Below are positions 54,303 to 64,000 of a DNA stretch of 64,000 nucleotides, piece after piece. How positions within the stretch are numbered: position 1 is the stretch's first letter; each line of letters opens with the position of its first letter. Below the pieces are notes generated by a model. That model ran no database searches and was not told the DNA's origin. It saw only the letters and a list, made by a program, of their open reading frames with translations. This DNA comes from Candidatus Krumholzibacteriia bacterium. Its GTDB lineage: Bacteria; Krumholzibacteriota; Krumholzibacteriia; JAJRXK01. Location: the NCBI GenBank assembly GCA_029932915.1, contig JAOZPE010000006.1, forward strand, positions 6,384-70,383, given 5' to 3'. A program made the translations under genes and the position numbers.

Positions 54303-56705
54303 TCATTCCTTCGCCGCGCCCGCCGATCTGGAGGGCGGTGTGGCCGACGCCTTCTCCCAGAACTCGCGCGCCTGTTCCATGGCCAGCGCCAGCAGGGTTC
54401 CCTTGCGGTAGCGCCCGCGCCGGTCACGGCGTCCGGTGGGCATGCCGGTGAAGATGTTCAGGGCCTCGTGCACGGTGTCCACCGCCCACACCGAGAACTT
54501 CCCCTTGGCGCAGGCCTTCACCACGTCCTGGCGCAACTGCAGGTCGGCCGCGTTGGCGCGGGGGATGATCACCCCCTGTGTGCCGGTCAGCCCCTGGGCG
54601 GTGCACACGTCGAAGAAACCCTCGATCTTCTCGTTCACCGCGCCGATGGCCATGATGTTGCCCATCTGGTCGATCGCTCCGGTGATGGCCACATCCTGGC
54701 GCAGAGGCACGCTGGTCAAGGCGCTCAGCAGGCAGCAGATCTCCGCCGATGAGGCCGAATCTCCGTCGATGCCTCCGTAGCTCTGCTCGAAGGCCACGCT
54801 GGCGTCGAAGGCCAGGGGGTGATCGGTGCGCAGGAGATTGCGCAACAGTCCGCCGAGGATGTAGAAGCCCTTGGTGTGGATGGCTCCCGACAGCGCCGAT
54901 TCGCGTTCGATGTTGATGACCCCGGCCGAGCCCGGACCGATGGTGGCGGTGATGCGGGCGGGGAAACCGTAGGTCATCTCGCCCGAGGAGATGACCGCCA
55001 GGCCGTTCACCTGGCCCACGGCCACTCCTCGGGTGGCGATGCGGACCGTGCCCTCGGCGATCTGCCGGCGGAACTCCCGCGCGGGGCGGTCCGCTCTGAG
55101 TTTCCGTCGGAGAATGGCTTCCTTCACGTGGCTCTCGCCCACGTGACGCGCCTGATCCTGGCCGGCCAGCCAGGCCGCCTCACGGACGAGGTCGGCCATG
55201 CGTCCGAAGCGGGCGGTGATCCGGCCGCGGTCCGACGCGATGCGCACCCCGTGTTCGATGAGCGCGGCCACGCCTCCGCAGGTGAAGTGCGGGAGGTTCT
55301 CCTCGCGCACGAAGCGGGCCACCCAACGGGCGTAGTCGAGGATGCCCTGATGGTTGTTCGGGATGGAGTCCTCGAAATCGGCCAGTACCTTGAACAGGTC
55401 GCGGAAATCGGGATCGACCTCGTCCATCAGGTAGTAGACATCCGAGCTTCCCAGCAGGATCGCCTTCACGTGGAGGTCCACCGCCTCGGGCTTGAGTCCG
55501 GGTCCGTTGAATGGTCCCGAGCTGTCGGGCGGGGTGATCTCCAGTTTCCCCGTGCGCAGGGCGCGGACCAGGAATTTCCAGACCTCCGCGTCGGCGAAGA
55601 GGTCCTTGGCCTCGAGGATGAGATACCCGCCGTCGGCCTGCAGCAGTGATCCAGCGCAGATGCCCATGTGGCTGGCGCGCGCTTCTCCGTTGGGTCCGAA
55701 TTCGAGGTTGATGGTTCCCAGCAGGTGCGAAAGGGTGGGGGTGCTCTCGATGACCACCGGGCAGTCGGAGGTGCGGCCGCGATCGACCACCACGTTCACC
55801 CGGTACAGGCGGGTGAAGGAAGTGTCCTTGCCCAACTGGTCGAGCCGCTGTTCCATCAGATCGTCGAGAAGATCGTTCAGCCAGTCGTCGACGCTCTTCT
55901 GGGGAAAAGCGCGCCGGATGGTCCTCAACTTCCTCTCCAGCGCGTCCTGTATGGTGTTGCGGAAGAGCTCGTCGATGCGGGCCGAGAAATCCTCACGGAT
56001 GTCGGCCGCTTGCTCGTGCAATTCCCGCAGTTTCAGGGTGTAGCGTCTCAGGTTCTTCTGAACCCTCTCGTATTCACCGTCACTGATGCGGCCATCGGCG
56101 TGCAGACGGTCGAATTCCTCCGGTGCCACCGGCTGTTTGTCCACCAGGGGAAAGATGGCCTTCTGGGCCATCGCCTCGGTCTGGATGGTCACCAGGCCGA
56201 GGCCCACGCGCTGCAGGGCCTTCTCGAAGGGCTGCAGGATCGACTGCATCTGTCTCTCCGCGGTGTCCTCCAGTGCCTTGCGCCGCGCATTCACCGAGTC
56301 GGAAGTGAGGAGTTCGGGAAGTCCCCGTCGAACGAACTCGGCCAGGCGGTCGATGTGCCGGCGGAACACGCCACCCTTGCCCGGAGGAAGGGTGATCAGG
56401 CGTGGGCGGTCGGGTTGGACGAAGTTGTGGACGTAACAGTGATCGTGCAGCTCGGGGCAATCGAAGCGCAGCTCGTGCAGGATCCTCTTGAGCAGCGTCG
56501 ACCGGCCGGTTCCGCTCAATCCACGCACGAAGACGTGGTGTTCGGTCACCTCATTGCTCAAGCCGAAGCGCAGGGCGTTGAGTGCCTCTCCCTGTCCGAT
56601 GACCTTCTGCAGGGGCTTCAGGGCAGCAGTGGTCTTGAAGGGGAAATGGCTTCTTGGGCATGTCCAGCGCAGTTTCTTGGCAGCGAGAGCCTTGGGCGAA
56701 GGCAT
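54303..56705 (-). CDS. Lon-like S16 protease (LonC / AAA_32 type)
   Basis: IGQGEA..AL.FG, GLSGTGRST, YVHNF..PD.P, GSLLQADGGYLIL, GQVNGLAV, FEQSYGGIDGDSASSAE (catalytic Ser), IGAVNEKIEGFF (catalytic Lys); GGAGG RBS. Confidence 0.92.
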   Translation of the reverse strand: MPSPKALAAKKLRWTCPRSHFPFKTTAALKPLQKVIGQGEALNALRFGLSNEVTEHHVFVRGLSGTGRSTLLKRILHELRFDCPELHDHCYVHNFVQPDRPRLITLPPGKGGVFRRHIDRLAEFVRRGLPELLTSDSVNARRKALEDTAERQMQSILQPFEKALQRVGLGLVTIQTEAMAQKAIFPLVDKQPVAPEEFDRLHADGRISDGEYERVQKNLRRYTLKLRELHEQAADIREDFSARIDELFRNTIQDALERKLRTIRRAFPQKSVDDWLNDLLDDLMEQRLDQLGKDTSFTRLYRVNVVVDRGRTSDCPVVIESTPTLSHLLGTINLEFGPNGEARASHMGICAGSLLQADGGYLILEAKDLFADAEVWKFLVRALRTGKLEITPPDSSGPFNGPGLKPEAVDLHVKAILLGSSDVYYLMDEVDPDFRDLFKVLADFEDSIPNNHQGILDYARWVARFVREENLPHFTCGGVAALIEHGVRIASDRGRITARFGRMADLVREAAWLAGQDQARHVGESHVKEAILRRKLRADRPAREFRRQIAEGTVRIATRGVAVGQVNGLAVISSGEMTYGFPARITATIGPGSAGVINIERESALSGAIHTKGFYILGGLLRNLLRTDHPLAFDASVAFEQSYGGIDGDSASSAEICCLLSALTSVPLRQDVAITGAIDQMGNIMAIGAVNEKIEGFFDVCTAQGLTGTQGVIIPRANAADLQLRQDVVKACAKGKFSVWAVDTVHEALNIFTGMPTGRRDRRGRYRKGTLLALAMEQAREFWEKASATPPSRSAGAAKE

Positions 56706-56752
56706 GGCGGTCATCCTCCATCGAGAGGGCGGTGGTCGACGTACCGTGGTGA

Positions 56753-58417
56753 TCAGAATGCCTGTCCCGTGCCCACGGTGAACACGGGAATGGAAGCGCC
56801 GGTGCGCTTGCCCATGGGCCACGCCACATCGAGACGTAGGGGGTAACCGAAGGTGGACATCTGGGCGGCCAGGCGCAAGCCCACACCGATCGCCCCGTGG
56901 ATCTCCCTCCATTGGAAATCCTCGTCCCGCTCGAACCAGGTATTGCCGAAGTCGGCGAAGGCCACCACCCCGGGGACCACCAGGTTGAGCAGCGCGTGTC
57001 TCTTCACCCAACGCAGTTCGAGGTTGGCACGCAGCAGCCGGTCGCCCGTGAATTCCCGGTATCCGGCCGAACGCAGGCCGTTGTCGCTTCCCATGGTGAA
57101 GGGACGGTAGTTGTCGAGGCGTTCCCCCCAAGCCCCGCGCAGATTGGAAGCGAGCCTCAAGGTCCGCTTCAGTCCGAGTTGCACTTCATAGTCGACGATG
57201 GTCTGGAGGTTCCTTCCTCCGGAACTCTCGATGATGCCGCTTCCGGTCCACGTGAGCTGTTGCAGCCAATGCCCCGTGTGCTGATTGAATCGATGGTCGA
57301 GTTCCAGGTACAGGCCGGCCACGTCGCCCGTGACCAGACGGTTGGCCCAGGCCAGGCCGAGGGTGGTCTCGTGACCCATGGGGAAGTCCTCTTCGCGTCC
57401 CATGAGATTGACGTAGCGAAAAGTCTCGTAGTTGCGGGTCTTCCACTCCAGGACCGCGCCGAGGGCGAGCATCTCGCGGTTCTCCGGAGCGTCAGCGGGG
57501 AAGTCGGCGGTCCAGGGAGTGATCTCGTGGGTGGTCGATATCGCCAGTGAATCCTCCTGATGGAAGCGGAGCTTCTCCCACCAGAGTTTCGGGCCCAGGC
57601 GGAACACGTTCTTCTTGTCCATGCGGATCCGCCACATGACACCGGCCTTGACCATGTCGTCGTTCAGCAACGGACGCAGGTAGTGGGTCTGGTCGAGTGA
57701 ATAGCGGGGTCGCTGCTGCGAATTGTTCCAGGTGATGTCGTAGTACCAATGGGCGTCGATGCTGGTCCAGGGACGTCCCAGTTGGAGGAACGACAGGTCA
57801 CCATCGGTGGTGTTCTCGAAGCGGAAGGCCAGGCGGTTCTCAGTTCCCAGCAGGTAGGGATGCGTGTACTCGATGGACCAGCCCGAGCGGTCCGGATCGG
57901 TGTCGTAGCGCATGCTCAGGCTGCGGCCCATGCCCAGCAGGTTCCGTTCAGTGAGACTGACACCGAAGAAGGTGGAACCCTGGTACGAGGAGAATTTGAT
58001 TCCCGGCGATGTGGTCCAGGTCTCGCGGGTACGGACGAGGAGGTCGACGCTGTCCGCCGAAGACGACACGATCTCCACATCGGCGCTGCGCAGGAAGCCC
58101 AGCGCGCGCAGCCGCCGTTCGGTCTCTTCGAGATCTTCCGTGTTCAGGGTGTCTCCGACGGCGAAGGTGAGCTCGCGTCTCAGGAAGGTCTCGCGGGTGT
58201 CGATGTGGATGGCGTCCATGGCCCGCAGCGGCCAGTCGGGAAGGCGCGCGTAGTCCTCTTCATCGAAGATGGGATCGCGTTGGAAGCGGATGGACCGGAT
58301 GATCGGCTCGGCGGCGGCGGCCGAGGTGACCAGGACCAGGACGATCAGAAGCAGCGGCCCGGCCCAATGCGGGGATTTCCTCCACAGCGAATCGGTTTTC
58401 GTCGAAGGGCTCATCAT
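56753..58417 (-). CDS. Omp85/BamA-TamA family outer-membrane protein (one POTRA plus beta-barrel)
   Basis: IHIDTRETFLRRELTFAVGD...LEETERRLRALGFL (POTRA); ERNLLGMGR; GLRSAGYREFTGDR; AFADFGNTW; LRLDVAWP; ends GTGQAF. Confidence 0.85.
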   Translation of the reverse strand: MMSPSTKTDSLWRKSPHWAGPLLLIVLVLVTSAAAAEPIIRSIRFQRDPIFDEEDYARLPDWPLRAMDAIHIDTRETFLRRELTFAVGDTLNTEDLEETERRLRALGFLRSADVEIVSSSADSVDLLVRTRETWTTSPGIKFSSYQGSTFFGVSLTERNLLGMGRSLSMRYDTDPDRSGWSIEYTHPYLLGTENRLAFRFENTTDGDLSFLQLGRPWTSIDAHWYYDITWNNSQQRPRYSLDQTHYLRPLLNDDMVKAGVMWRIRMDKKNVFRLGPKLWWEKLRFHQEDSLAISTTHEITPWTADFPADAPENREMLALGAVLEWKTRNYETFRYVNLMGREEDFPMGHETTLGLAWANRLVTGDVAGLYLELDHRFNQHTGHWLQQLTWTGSGIIESSGGRNLQTIVDYEVQLGLKRTLRLASNLRGAWGERLDNYRPFTMGSDNGLRSAGYREFTGDRLLRANLELRWVKRHALLNLVVPGVVAFADFGNTWFERDEDFQWREIHGAIGVGLRLAAQMSTFGYPLRLDVAWPMGKRTGASIPVFTVGTGQAF

Positions 58418-58686
58418 CCCCGATTGCGGCTCTCCTCTGGCCGGTATTCCGCCGCGGAGCTGTGCGGAGGCGATCTTCCTGCCTGGATCCATCGCCGGTG
58501 ACGCTAGGCCCATCGCGGGGCAGCGTCAACGTACATTCCCGCGCGTCGCCGCCGCGGCGAGCAGCTTAGCTCTGGACGCATTCTCGGCATGGCCCATAGA
58601 CTGCTGGGGGAGAGATGCGATCTCCCATCGATCCGGCCTCCGCCGGGAGCGGGAGATGTCCAGGAAGAACGGCCGGGAGAGTCGCC

Positions 58687-61275
58687 ATGAAGCTCGATGT
58701 CATTGAAGGCGGGTTCACGGGAATCCTTGCAACCATTCTGCGCCGTGGTCCTCGATCGGCTGCTCTTCTCTGGGGCTTCCTCCTTCTGCAGTTGCTCGTC
58801 GGCGTCGTTTCCCGGGCGCAGGAGATCCCCCGCGACCAATACATCGACTATCTTCCCCTGGAATACCCCCGATTGGTGCGCCAGACCGAGGCCGATGTGC
58901 GCTTGCATCTCTTCGGTAATTCCACCGAGGCCGGCTATCGCGACGTCGACCCTCGCGACGGGATCGATGACCGGCGCGGGCAGGTGCTCGATGAGCTGGC
59001 GGTGCGCTTTGCTCCGTTCATGGTTCTGAACACCACCGCCGTGCCCATGGACTTCCTGCACTTCATGGGGCAACGCTCGGCCTTCCCCCTCTTCGTCGAC
59101 ACCTGGATGCTCGGTGGTCCCAGCGCGGAGATCGCGGCCACGCAGAGTCTGAACTGGTCGAATCTCGGCAAGGAACATGACGGGAAGGCCAACCGTGACG
59201 ATCTGTATCTGAGTGAGCTTCTCGAGGACTTCGATCCCGACCATCCCGCCGATCCCTACTATTCGGGGGCGGCGGTACGCCCCGAGAAGGAGACCTTCCG
59301 CGTCTTGTTCTTCGACTTTCCCGGCACCGATCCGAAGAGCTGGAAGAAGGAGTACGAGAACGCCATCTCGGCCGCTCTGCCTCAGCGCTACCGTTCATTC
59401 ATCAAGGCCTATGTGCATCCGTTCATCCATGAGGTCACCGACCGTTTCGAGCAGACCATCGGCTATGAACTCATCATGCAGTACTGGTTCTTCTATCCCT
59501 TCAACGACGGAGGCAACAACCACGAGGGCGACTGGGAGCACATCAATGTGGTCATCGCTCCACTGAAGACGGTGGACCGTCTTCTGGACGAGAACACCCT
59601 GCAGGCCATTCTCAACGGAAGTTTCGCTCCCGACGGGGTGGACAATCCCCTGGTCATCCGCCGTATCGACTACTACTTCCACAACAAGGTGTGGCCGCTC
59701 GACTTCTCCTCTCCCAACGCCTACTTGCCGCGTGAGGTGTGGAAGGAGCAGGTGAAGCAACTGGCGGTCGAGCGGATCGGTCTGGAGAAGATCTGGGAAC
59801 AGATCCGATACCGGGCCTGGTTCGATCACGATGAAACCACGATCAACACCCATCCGATCTGTCTCATCGGGGCGGACAACAAGGGCCTGGACGTCCTGCT
59901 GACCTCACCGGGAAGCAAGAACCGCGATTCCCACGGCACCTATCCCTTCCCGGGCATGTACAAGGACATCGGGCCGGGCGGAGCCACCGAACAGGTGGCC
60001 ATCCGTTTCGATCACCGCAAGTGGTTCGAGAAGGGGGGGCTCGATCTTCCCGAGAACGAGGATCTGCTCAAGCGGGGGCGCATGGTGCGTTTCGATGCCC
60101 CCGATCGTCTGCAGATGATCCCCGACTGGGAGCGCATCGTTCCCCTGGTGCGGGAGGATCCCCAGACCCGCCCCCGGTTCGCGTGGATGATCCTTCCCAT
60201 CCGCTGGGGTTATCCGGCCACCGAGTCGCCCTTCGCCGGCATCGTCGCCCACGCGGAGACGGGGAATCTCTCGCCGGTGGGACCCACCTACAGCTACGGC
60301 TGGAACGTGACCAAGGCGGGGCGGACCTTCGCCCTCTATGAACCCCACCGTTTCTCCTCGCACTTCCCCCTCGGCGTTCAGGACAACTACCACAACAGTT
60401 GGGGCTTCTTCAATCTGACCCTGCCGACCCTGATGATCCTTCCGCCCATCGATCTGCTGGACCGCATCGTCCTGGCTCCGGTCCGTGTCCTCTTCCCCCC
60501 GAGTCCCACCTACTATCCGAGCGAATCGGTGCCGTTCCGTTTCGTGGGTACCGAGTACGGCCGTTCGTGGCACCACATCTCCGAGGACTGGGCTGCCTTG
60601 CTCTTCAACCGCGACCAGACCATGGAGATCTTCACACGTCTCTTGCTGATCGATCCCGACGCGACGGTGCAGGACCGCTCGACCCGGGTGATCCACGACA
60701 CGGCGGCGGGAAACCAGTTCACCCTGGCCTTCTTCATGGGCAAGGGCTTCGTGAGCGAGAACACCATCCGCCATTCCCGCAGCGACCTGGGCTTCGAGGT
60801 GGGAGTGCTCACCCAGGCCGAGCCATTCAAGGCTGAGGGGGAGCTGAATTTCTGGGAGTACAGCGGCAGCCTCCGCTTCAACATCATGACCGGGACCTTT
60901 CTGCCCTACGCCAAGATCGGCTACGGATTGAGCTGGTACCGGGTGGAGAACGTGGCCGCGACGGACACCACCGGCGCGGTCGTCCCGCTGGAGAATCCGA
61001 ACTCCCCTTGGGTGCGCAAACCCGAGGTGTTCAAGTGGAAGAACATGTGGCCCAACACCTTCCACCTCGCGGCGGGCATGGAGTGGTTGGTGATCCACTC
61101 CAATGCGCCCCTGCTGCGGGGTGTCGACCTCAGTGTGCGCGGGGAGCTGGCCTTCTATCACCACAACCTGGGCTTCAAAGACATCCGGCAGGAGGAGCTG
61201 ACCCTGCCCGGAGGCGGGTCGGACATCAAGATCTGGAGGGTGGCCGGTCTGTTCGGAATCCAGTTGAGCTTCTGA
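58687..61275 (+). CDS. Large exported protein: Vps62/NPP1-like domain plus C-terminal OM beta-barrel
   Basis: Signal-like hydrophobic stretch; QYWFFYPFNDGGNNHEGDWEHINV motif; C-terminal amphipathic strands ending GIQLSF. Confidence 0.65.
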   Translation: MKLDVIEGGFTGILATILRRGPRSAALLWGFLLLQLLVGVVSRAQEIPRDQYIDYLPLEYPRLVRQTEADVRLHLFGNSTEAGYRDVDPRDGIDDRRGQVLDELAVRFAPFMVLNTTAVPMDFLHFMGQRSAFPLFVDTWMLGGPSAEIAATQSLNWSNLGKEHDGKANRDDLYLSELLEDFDPDHPADPYYSGAAVRPEKETFRVLFFDFPGTDPKSWKKEYENAISAALPQRYRSFIKAYVHPFIHEVTDRFEQTIGYELIMQYWFFYPFNDGGNNHEGDWEHINVVIAPLKTVDRLLDENTLQAILNGSFAPDGVDNPLVIRRIDYYFHNKVWPLDFSSPNAYLPREVWKEQVKQLAVERIGLEKIWEQIRYRAWFDHDETTINTHPICLIGADNKGLDVLLTSPGSKNRDSHGTYPFPGMYKDIGPGGATEQVAIRFDHRKWFEKGGLDLPENEDLLKRGRMVRFDAPDRLQMIPDWERIVPLVREDPQTRPRFAWMILPIRWGYPATESPFAGIVAHAETGNLSPVGPTYSYGWNVTKAGRTFALYEPHRFSSHFPLGVQDNYHNSWGFFNLTLPTLMILPPIDLLDRIVLAPVRVLFPPSPTYYPSESVPFRFVGTEYGRSWHHISEDWAALLFNRDQTMEIFTRLLLIDPDATVQDRSTRVIHDTAAGNQFTLAFFMGKGFVSENTIRHSRSDLGFEVGVLTQAEPFKAEGELNFWEYSGSLRFNIMTGTFLPYAKIGYGLSWYRVENVAATDTTGAVVPLENPNSPWVRKPEVFKWKNMWPNTFHLAAGMEWLVIHSNAPLLRGVDLSVRGELAFYHHNLGFKDIRQEELTLPGGGSDIKIWRVAGLFGIQLSF

Positions 61276-61392
61276 GCGGCTGAGGCCGGTGTCGCGGCAT
61301 GGGACGTGGCCGGAGGTGTGGTGTTCCCGGCTGGAGCGCCGGGGCGGGTTTCCGGTTGAGTTTCGAGGCGACTGCCGCGAAGATGACCGGCC

Positions 61393-62013
61393 ATGAGCCA
61401 GTACTTCCGGGTACATCCGGACAACCCTCAGCTTCGTCTGCTGCGTCAGGCCTCGGAGATCCTCCGCGACGGCGGGGTCGTCGTCTATCCCACCGACTCG
61501 ACCTACGCCCTGGCCTGCCGGATGGGGGACAAGCGTGCCCTGGCGAGGATCTGCCGGATCCGGCAGATCGACGAGCGGCACCACTTCACCCTCTGCTGCC
61601 GCGATCTCTCCGAGTCCGGCGTCTATGCCGTCTTCGACACGCCGGTCTATCGTCTTCTGAAGTCGCTCACTCCCGGAGCCTACACCTTCATCCTCAAGGC
61701 GAGCCGGGAGGTTCCCCGCCGTCTCATGCACCCCAAGCGCAAGACCATCGGCCTGCGGGTGCCCGACCACCGCATCGCCCAGGCCTTGCTCGACGAGATG
61801 GGAGAGCCGTTGATGACCACCTCCCTGATCCTGCCCGGGGAGGAGGATCCGCTCACCGATCCGGAGGACATCCGCCAGCGCTTGCAGAAACAGGTGGATG
61901 CGGTGATCGACGGGGGATGGGGAGGACTGCTGCCGACGACCCTGGTCGACCTCACCAGCGGCGAGCCCGAGGTGCTCCGGGAGGGTCTGGGTGACGTCGA
62001 CGTCTTCGGCTAG
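61393..62013 (+). CDS. yciO: Sua5/YrdC/YciO family protein (YciO-like)
   Basis: MSQYFRVHPDNPQ.RL, VYPTDSTYAL, HHFTLCCRDLS, PGAYTFIL, KRKTIGLRVP, PTTLVDLT. Confidence 0.85.
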   Translation: MSQYFRVHPDNPQLRLLRQASEILRDGGVVVYPTDSTYALACRMGDKRALARICRIRQIDERHHFTLCCRDLSESGVYAVFDTPVYRLLKSLTPGAYTFILKASREVPRRLMHPKRKTIGLRVPDHRIAQALLDEMGEPLMTTSLILPGEEDPLTDPEDIRQRLQKQVDAVIDGGWGGLLPTTLVDLTSGEPEVLREGLGDVDVFG

Positions 62014-62064
62014 ACGCGGGACCGGCCGCGCCGCCTTCCCAGGCGGTGTTCCAGATCGAAGGCC

Positions 62065-63351
62065 TCAGCGGACCAGGGCGGTCAACGGATAGGGCGTTCC
62101 ATTCTTGAGCGACCAGGTCACCGTCTCCATCTTCTCTCCGCTGCGTTGCATCAGTCCCATATCATCCAGCTCGCCGGGAATCTTCGACGGGATCACCTCG
62201 GGGTGGTGGAGGAGATAGGACAGGGCGGTGGGCGCCCGCAGGAAGATACCTCCCAGGTCCGCTTCGGCGATCTCCTTCATCCACGGCTCCACCTGGGGCA
62301 TCTGGGGAGTGGGCATGTGCTGGGGATTGAGCCCGTCGGTGAAGCCGCGGGCGGCCAGCCGAGCGGCCGCGGTGACCACCGCATAACGGGCCATGCTGGC
62401 ACACGAGCGCAGCAGGGTCTGGTAACTGCGGTCCTGGGGCGGGAGATTCAGCCACGGATCGTCGCTGACCTTCACCACCGAGAGCTTTCGCCGCAGTTGT
62501 TCCCAGCGTTGGTGGGCCTGGTCGGCGTCGAGGGTTCCTCGGGGGGCATGGGTGGCCCAGACCTCTTCACCCTCCTGGAGGATCCTGCCGGTCTCGTGAC
62601 GGGCGACCCCGTCGCCGAGAACCAGGCTCACCTTCAGCAGTTCGCGCAGTCCCTCCTGGCCGCCGGGCATGCGCAGGTGGAAGCCGTACCAGGGACGCCG
62701 GGCCAGGGCGTCCTCGAGAAAGCGCTGCGGCCCGGAGAAGGCCCGTAGGCTGAGCGCATAACGGTTGGGCAGCATGCCCTTGAGCATGGAGTAGTCGGAG
62801 CCGGGAGGACGCCAGGCCTCCCAGGACAACACGAGATCGTTGAAACTCTTCTTTCCGACGATCTGCTTGTCGAGAAGTTCGATGGGGTGTCCTTCATCGA
62901 AGATGAAGCGCAGTTGCATGTGGTGGGTCGCGGCGTGGCGGCCACCCTTGCCCAGGGGAACCATGATGAGATCCACCGCCTTCAGGCCGTTCAGGTGCAG
63001 GCGGGCGCTTCTCAGCACGGTGGTTCCCTCGATCGGGTTGCCTCCGTGGTTGACGTTGCGCAGGATCACGACGGGGTCGTCCTGCTCCAGGTCACTCGCC
63101 TGCCAGTCGACGAAGACCGGGACCATGGCCGCCGACAGGCCGCCGGGCAGGGCGTCACGCTTGGTGACCAGCACCACCGGCCGCGTGGAATCCTCCTCCC
63201 AGGTGAGGATGTCCTGCGGCGAGAGCGTGCGGATCTCCACTGGAGGTGGAGGAGGGGGGAGGTAGCGTTTCTCCCGCGGGGACGAGATGAGGAACCAGGC
63301 AACGATCGCGACCGCAACGGCGGCCACGACCCACCATCTCTTTCTGGACAT
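62065..63351 (-). CDS. Membrane-anchored DUF4105/Lnb-N-like protein (His...Cys papain-like)
   Basis: N-terminal TM; LKAVDLIM...THHMQLRFIF...LVLSWE...YSMLKGM...YAL...YQTLLRSC parallels the DUF4105 pattern (AHTFLSFGF...YNTLT.NC). Recognised from memory of the family. Confidence 0.55.
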   Translation of the reverse strand: MSRKRWWVVAAVAVAIVAWFLISSPREKRYLPPPPPPVEIRTLSPQDILTWEEDSTRPVVLVTKRDALPGGLSAAMVPVFVDWQASDLEQDDPVVILRNVNHGGNPIEGTTVLRSARLHLNGLKAVDLIMVPLGKGGRHAATHHMQLRFIFDEGHPIELLDKQIVGKKSFNDLVLSWEAWRPPGSDYSMLKGMLPNRYALSLRAFSGPQRFLEDALARRPWYGFHLRMPGGQEGLRELLKVSLVLGDGVARHETGRILQEGEEVWATHAPRGTLDADQAHQRWEQLRRKLSVVKVSDDPWLNLPPQDRSYQTLLRSCASMARYAVVTAAARLAARGFTDGLNPQHMPTPQMPQVEPWMKEIAEADLGGIFLRAPTALSYLLHHPEVIPSKIPGELDDMGLMQRSGEKMETVTWSLKNGTPYPLTALVR

Positions 63352-63556
63352 GATCACCTCTGGTGGCGAAGCCGTTTGGAAACGGCTGTTTTCACCGACG
63401 GACGCCAATCTGGAGGATAGCCACCTCTTCCGGGGGTGGCCAGGGCTTTCACCATGTCTTGATCTGAACCGGCGGACGGTCTAGCTTCCTGTGGATCGCC
63501 GTTCGTCAGGAGACGCCGGCGGCCGGAGTTCTCCCCCGTTTCCTCACCGGTCATCC

Positions 63557-64000
63557 ATGGATCTACCCCATCTCGACTTCAGTTACCTGCGGGAGCAGAT
63601 CGTCGGCGTCGACTCGTCCTTCGATACGCCCTTCGGTCAGCGCATGCTGATCTATTGCGACTACACCGCCAGCGGTCGGGGTCTTCGGTTCATCGAAGAG
63701 TATCTCATGGGTCTGCAGAGGCACTACGCCAACACCCATACCGAGGACGACGTGACCGGACGCAGCATGACGCAACTGCTGCACGAGGCCGAGTCGGCCA
63801 TCAAGGAAGCGGTCCATGCCGGTCCCCACGGCCGCATCATCGCGGTGGGAACCGGCGCGACCGCCGCGATCGACAAGTTGCAGCAGATCGTCGGTGTGGC
63901 CTTCCCCCCGGCGACCCGTCATCTGCTCACCACCTTCATGCGCGATCATCTGGGCCATCTGCATCATGAATCGTATGCACGTTATCTGCGCGACCATGAA
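63557..64000 (+). CDS. Class V PLP-dependent aminotransferase (cysteine desulfurase-like), 3'-truncated by window edge
   Basis: MDLPHLDFSYLREQIVG...TPFGQRMLIYCDYTASGR...YANTHTE...TGRSMT...VGTGATAAIDKLQ; open to the end of the window and absent from the ORF track. Confidence 0.88.
   Translation, partial: MDLPHLDFSYLREQIVGVDSSFDTPFGQRMLIYCDYTASGRGLRFIEEYLMGLQRHYANTHTEDDVTGRSMTQLLHEAESAIKEAVHAGPHGRIIAVGTGATAAIDKLQQIVGVAFPPATRHLLTTFMRDHLGHLHHESYARYLRDHE

Noticed and set aside
2344-61770. Many long antisense or alternate-frame ORFs (e.g. 2344-4248 -, 7124-9121 -, 9866-11980 -, 23771-25231 +, 41659-44340 +, 59905-61770 -)
   Set aside because: They are shadows of well-supported genes in high-GC DNA, with R/P/G-rich or mirror composition and no family motifs.
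1-64000. tRNA/rRNA genes, integrases, transposases, prophage genes
   Set aside because: None recognisable by eye; a tRNAscan-SE/Infernal run would be needed to exclude small RNAs and riboswitches.

Overview
GC-rich (roughly 65-68% by eye) bacterial chromosomal window with about 50 genes and no rRNA, tRNA, CRISPR array or transposase that I can recognise. Many secreted or outer-membrane proteins, two ending in FlgD-Ig/'NPFNP' C-terminal domains, suggest an FCB-associated candidate lineage such as Krumholzibacteriota, Latescibacterota or Eisenbacteria (inference). Main blocks: a secreted/adhesion gene run (1-5.6 kb); an ABC-transporter (Wzm/Wzt) polysaccharide operon with a CDP-sugar/C-methyltransferase/DUF4910/aminotransferase module (5.8-17.2 kb); an internally deleted acs remnant beside a Zn-peptidase/ATP-grasp ligase pair; icd; a MocR regulator plus aminotransferase; nuclease/phosphodiesterase lipoproteins; four OM beta-barrel genes; a LonC-type protease; an Omp85 gene. 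Best lead: a ~2 kb lower-GC islet (47.3-49.3 kb). It encodes a 42-aa, 8-Cys peptide fused to a Hint autoprocessing domain. The peptide's signal-peptide start (ATG 47519) is out of frame across a (CCTT)6 microsatellite, and 4 or 7 units would restore the frame, so this looks like a phase-variable switch currently OFF. A 6-bladed beta-propeller gene follows. Second lead: the isocitrate dehydrogenase has a ~29-aa CxxC...CxxC insertion in the loop just before the E. coli Ser113-equivalent.
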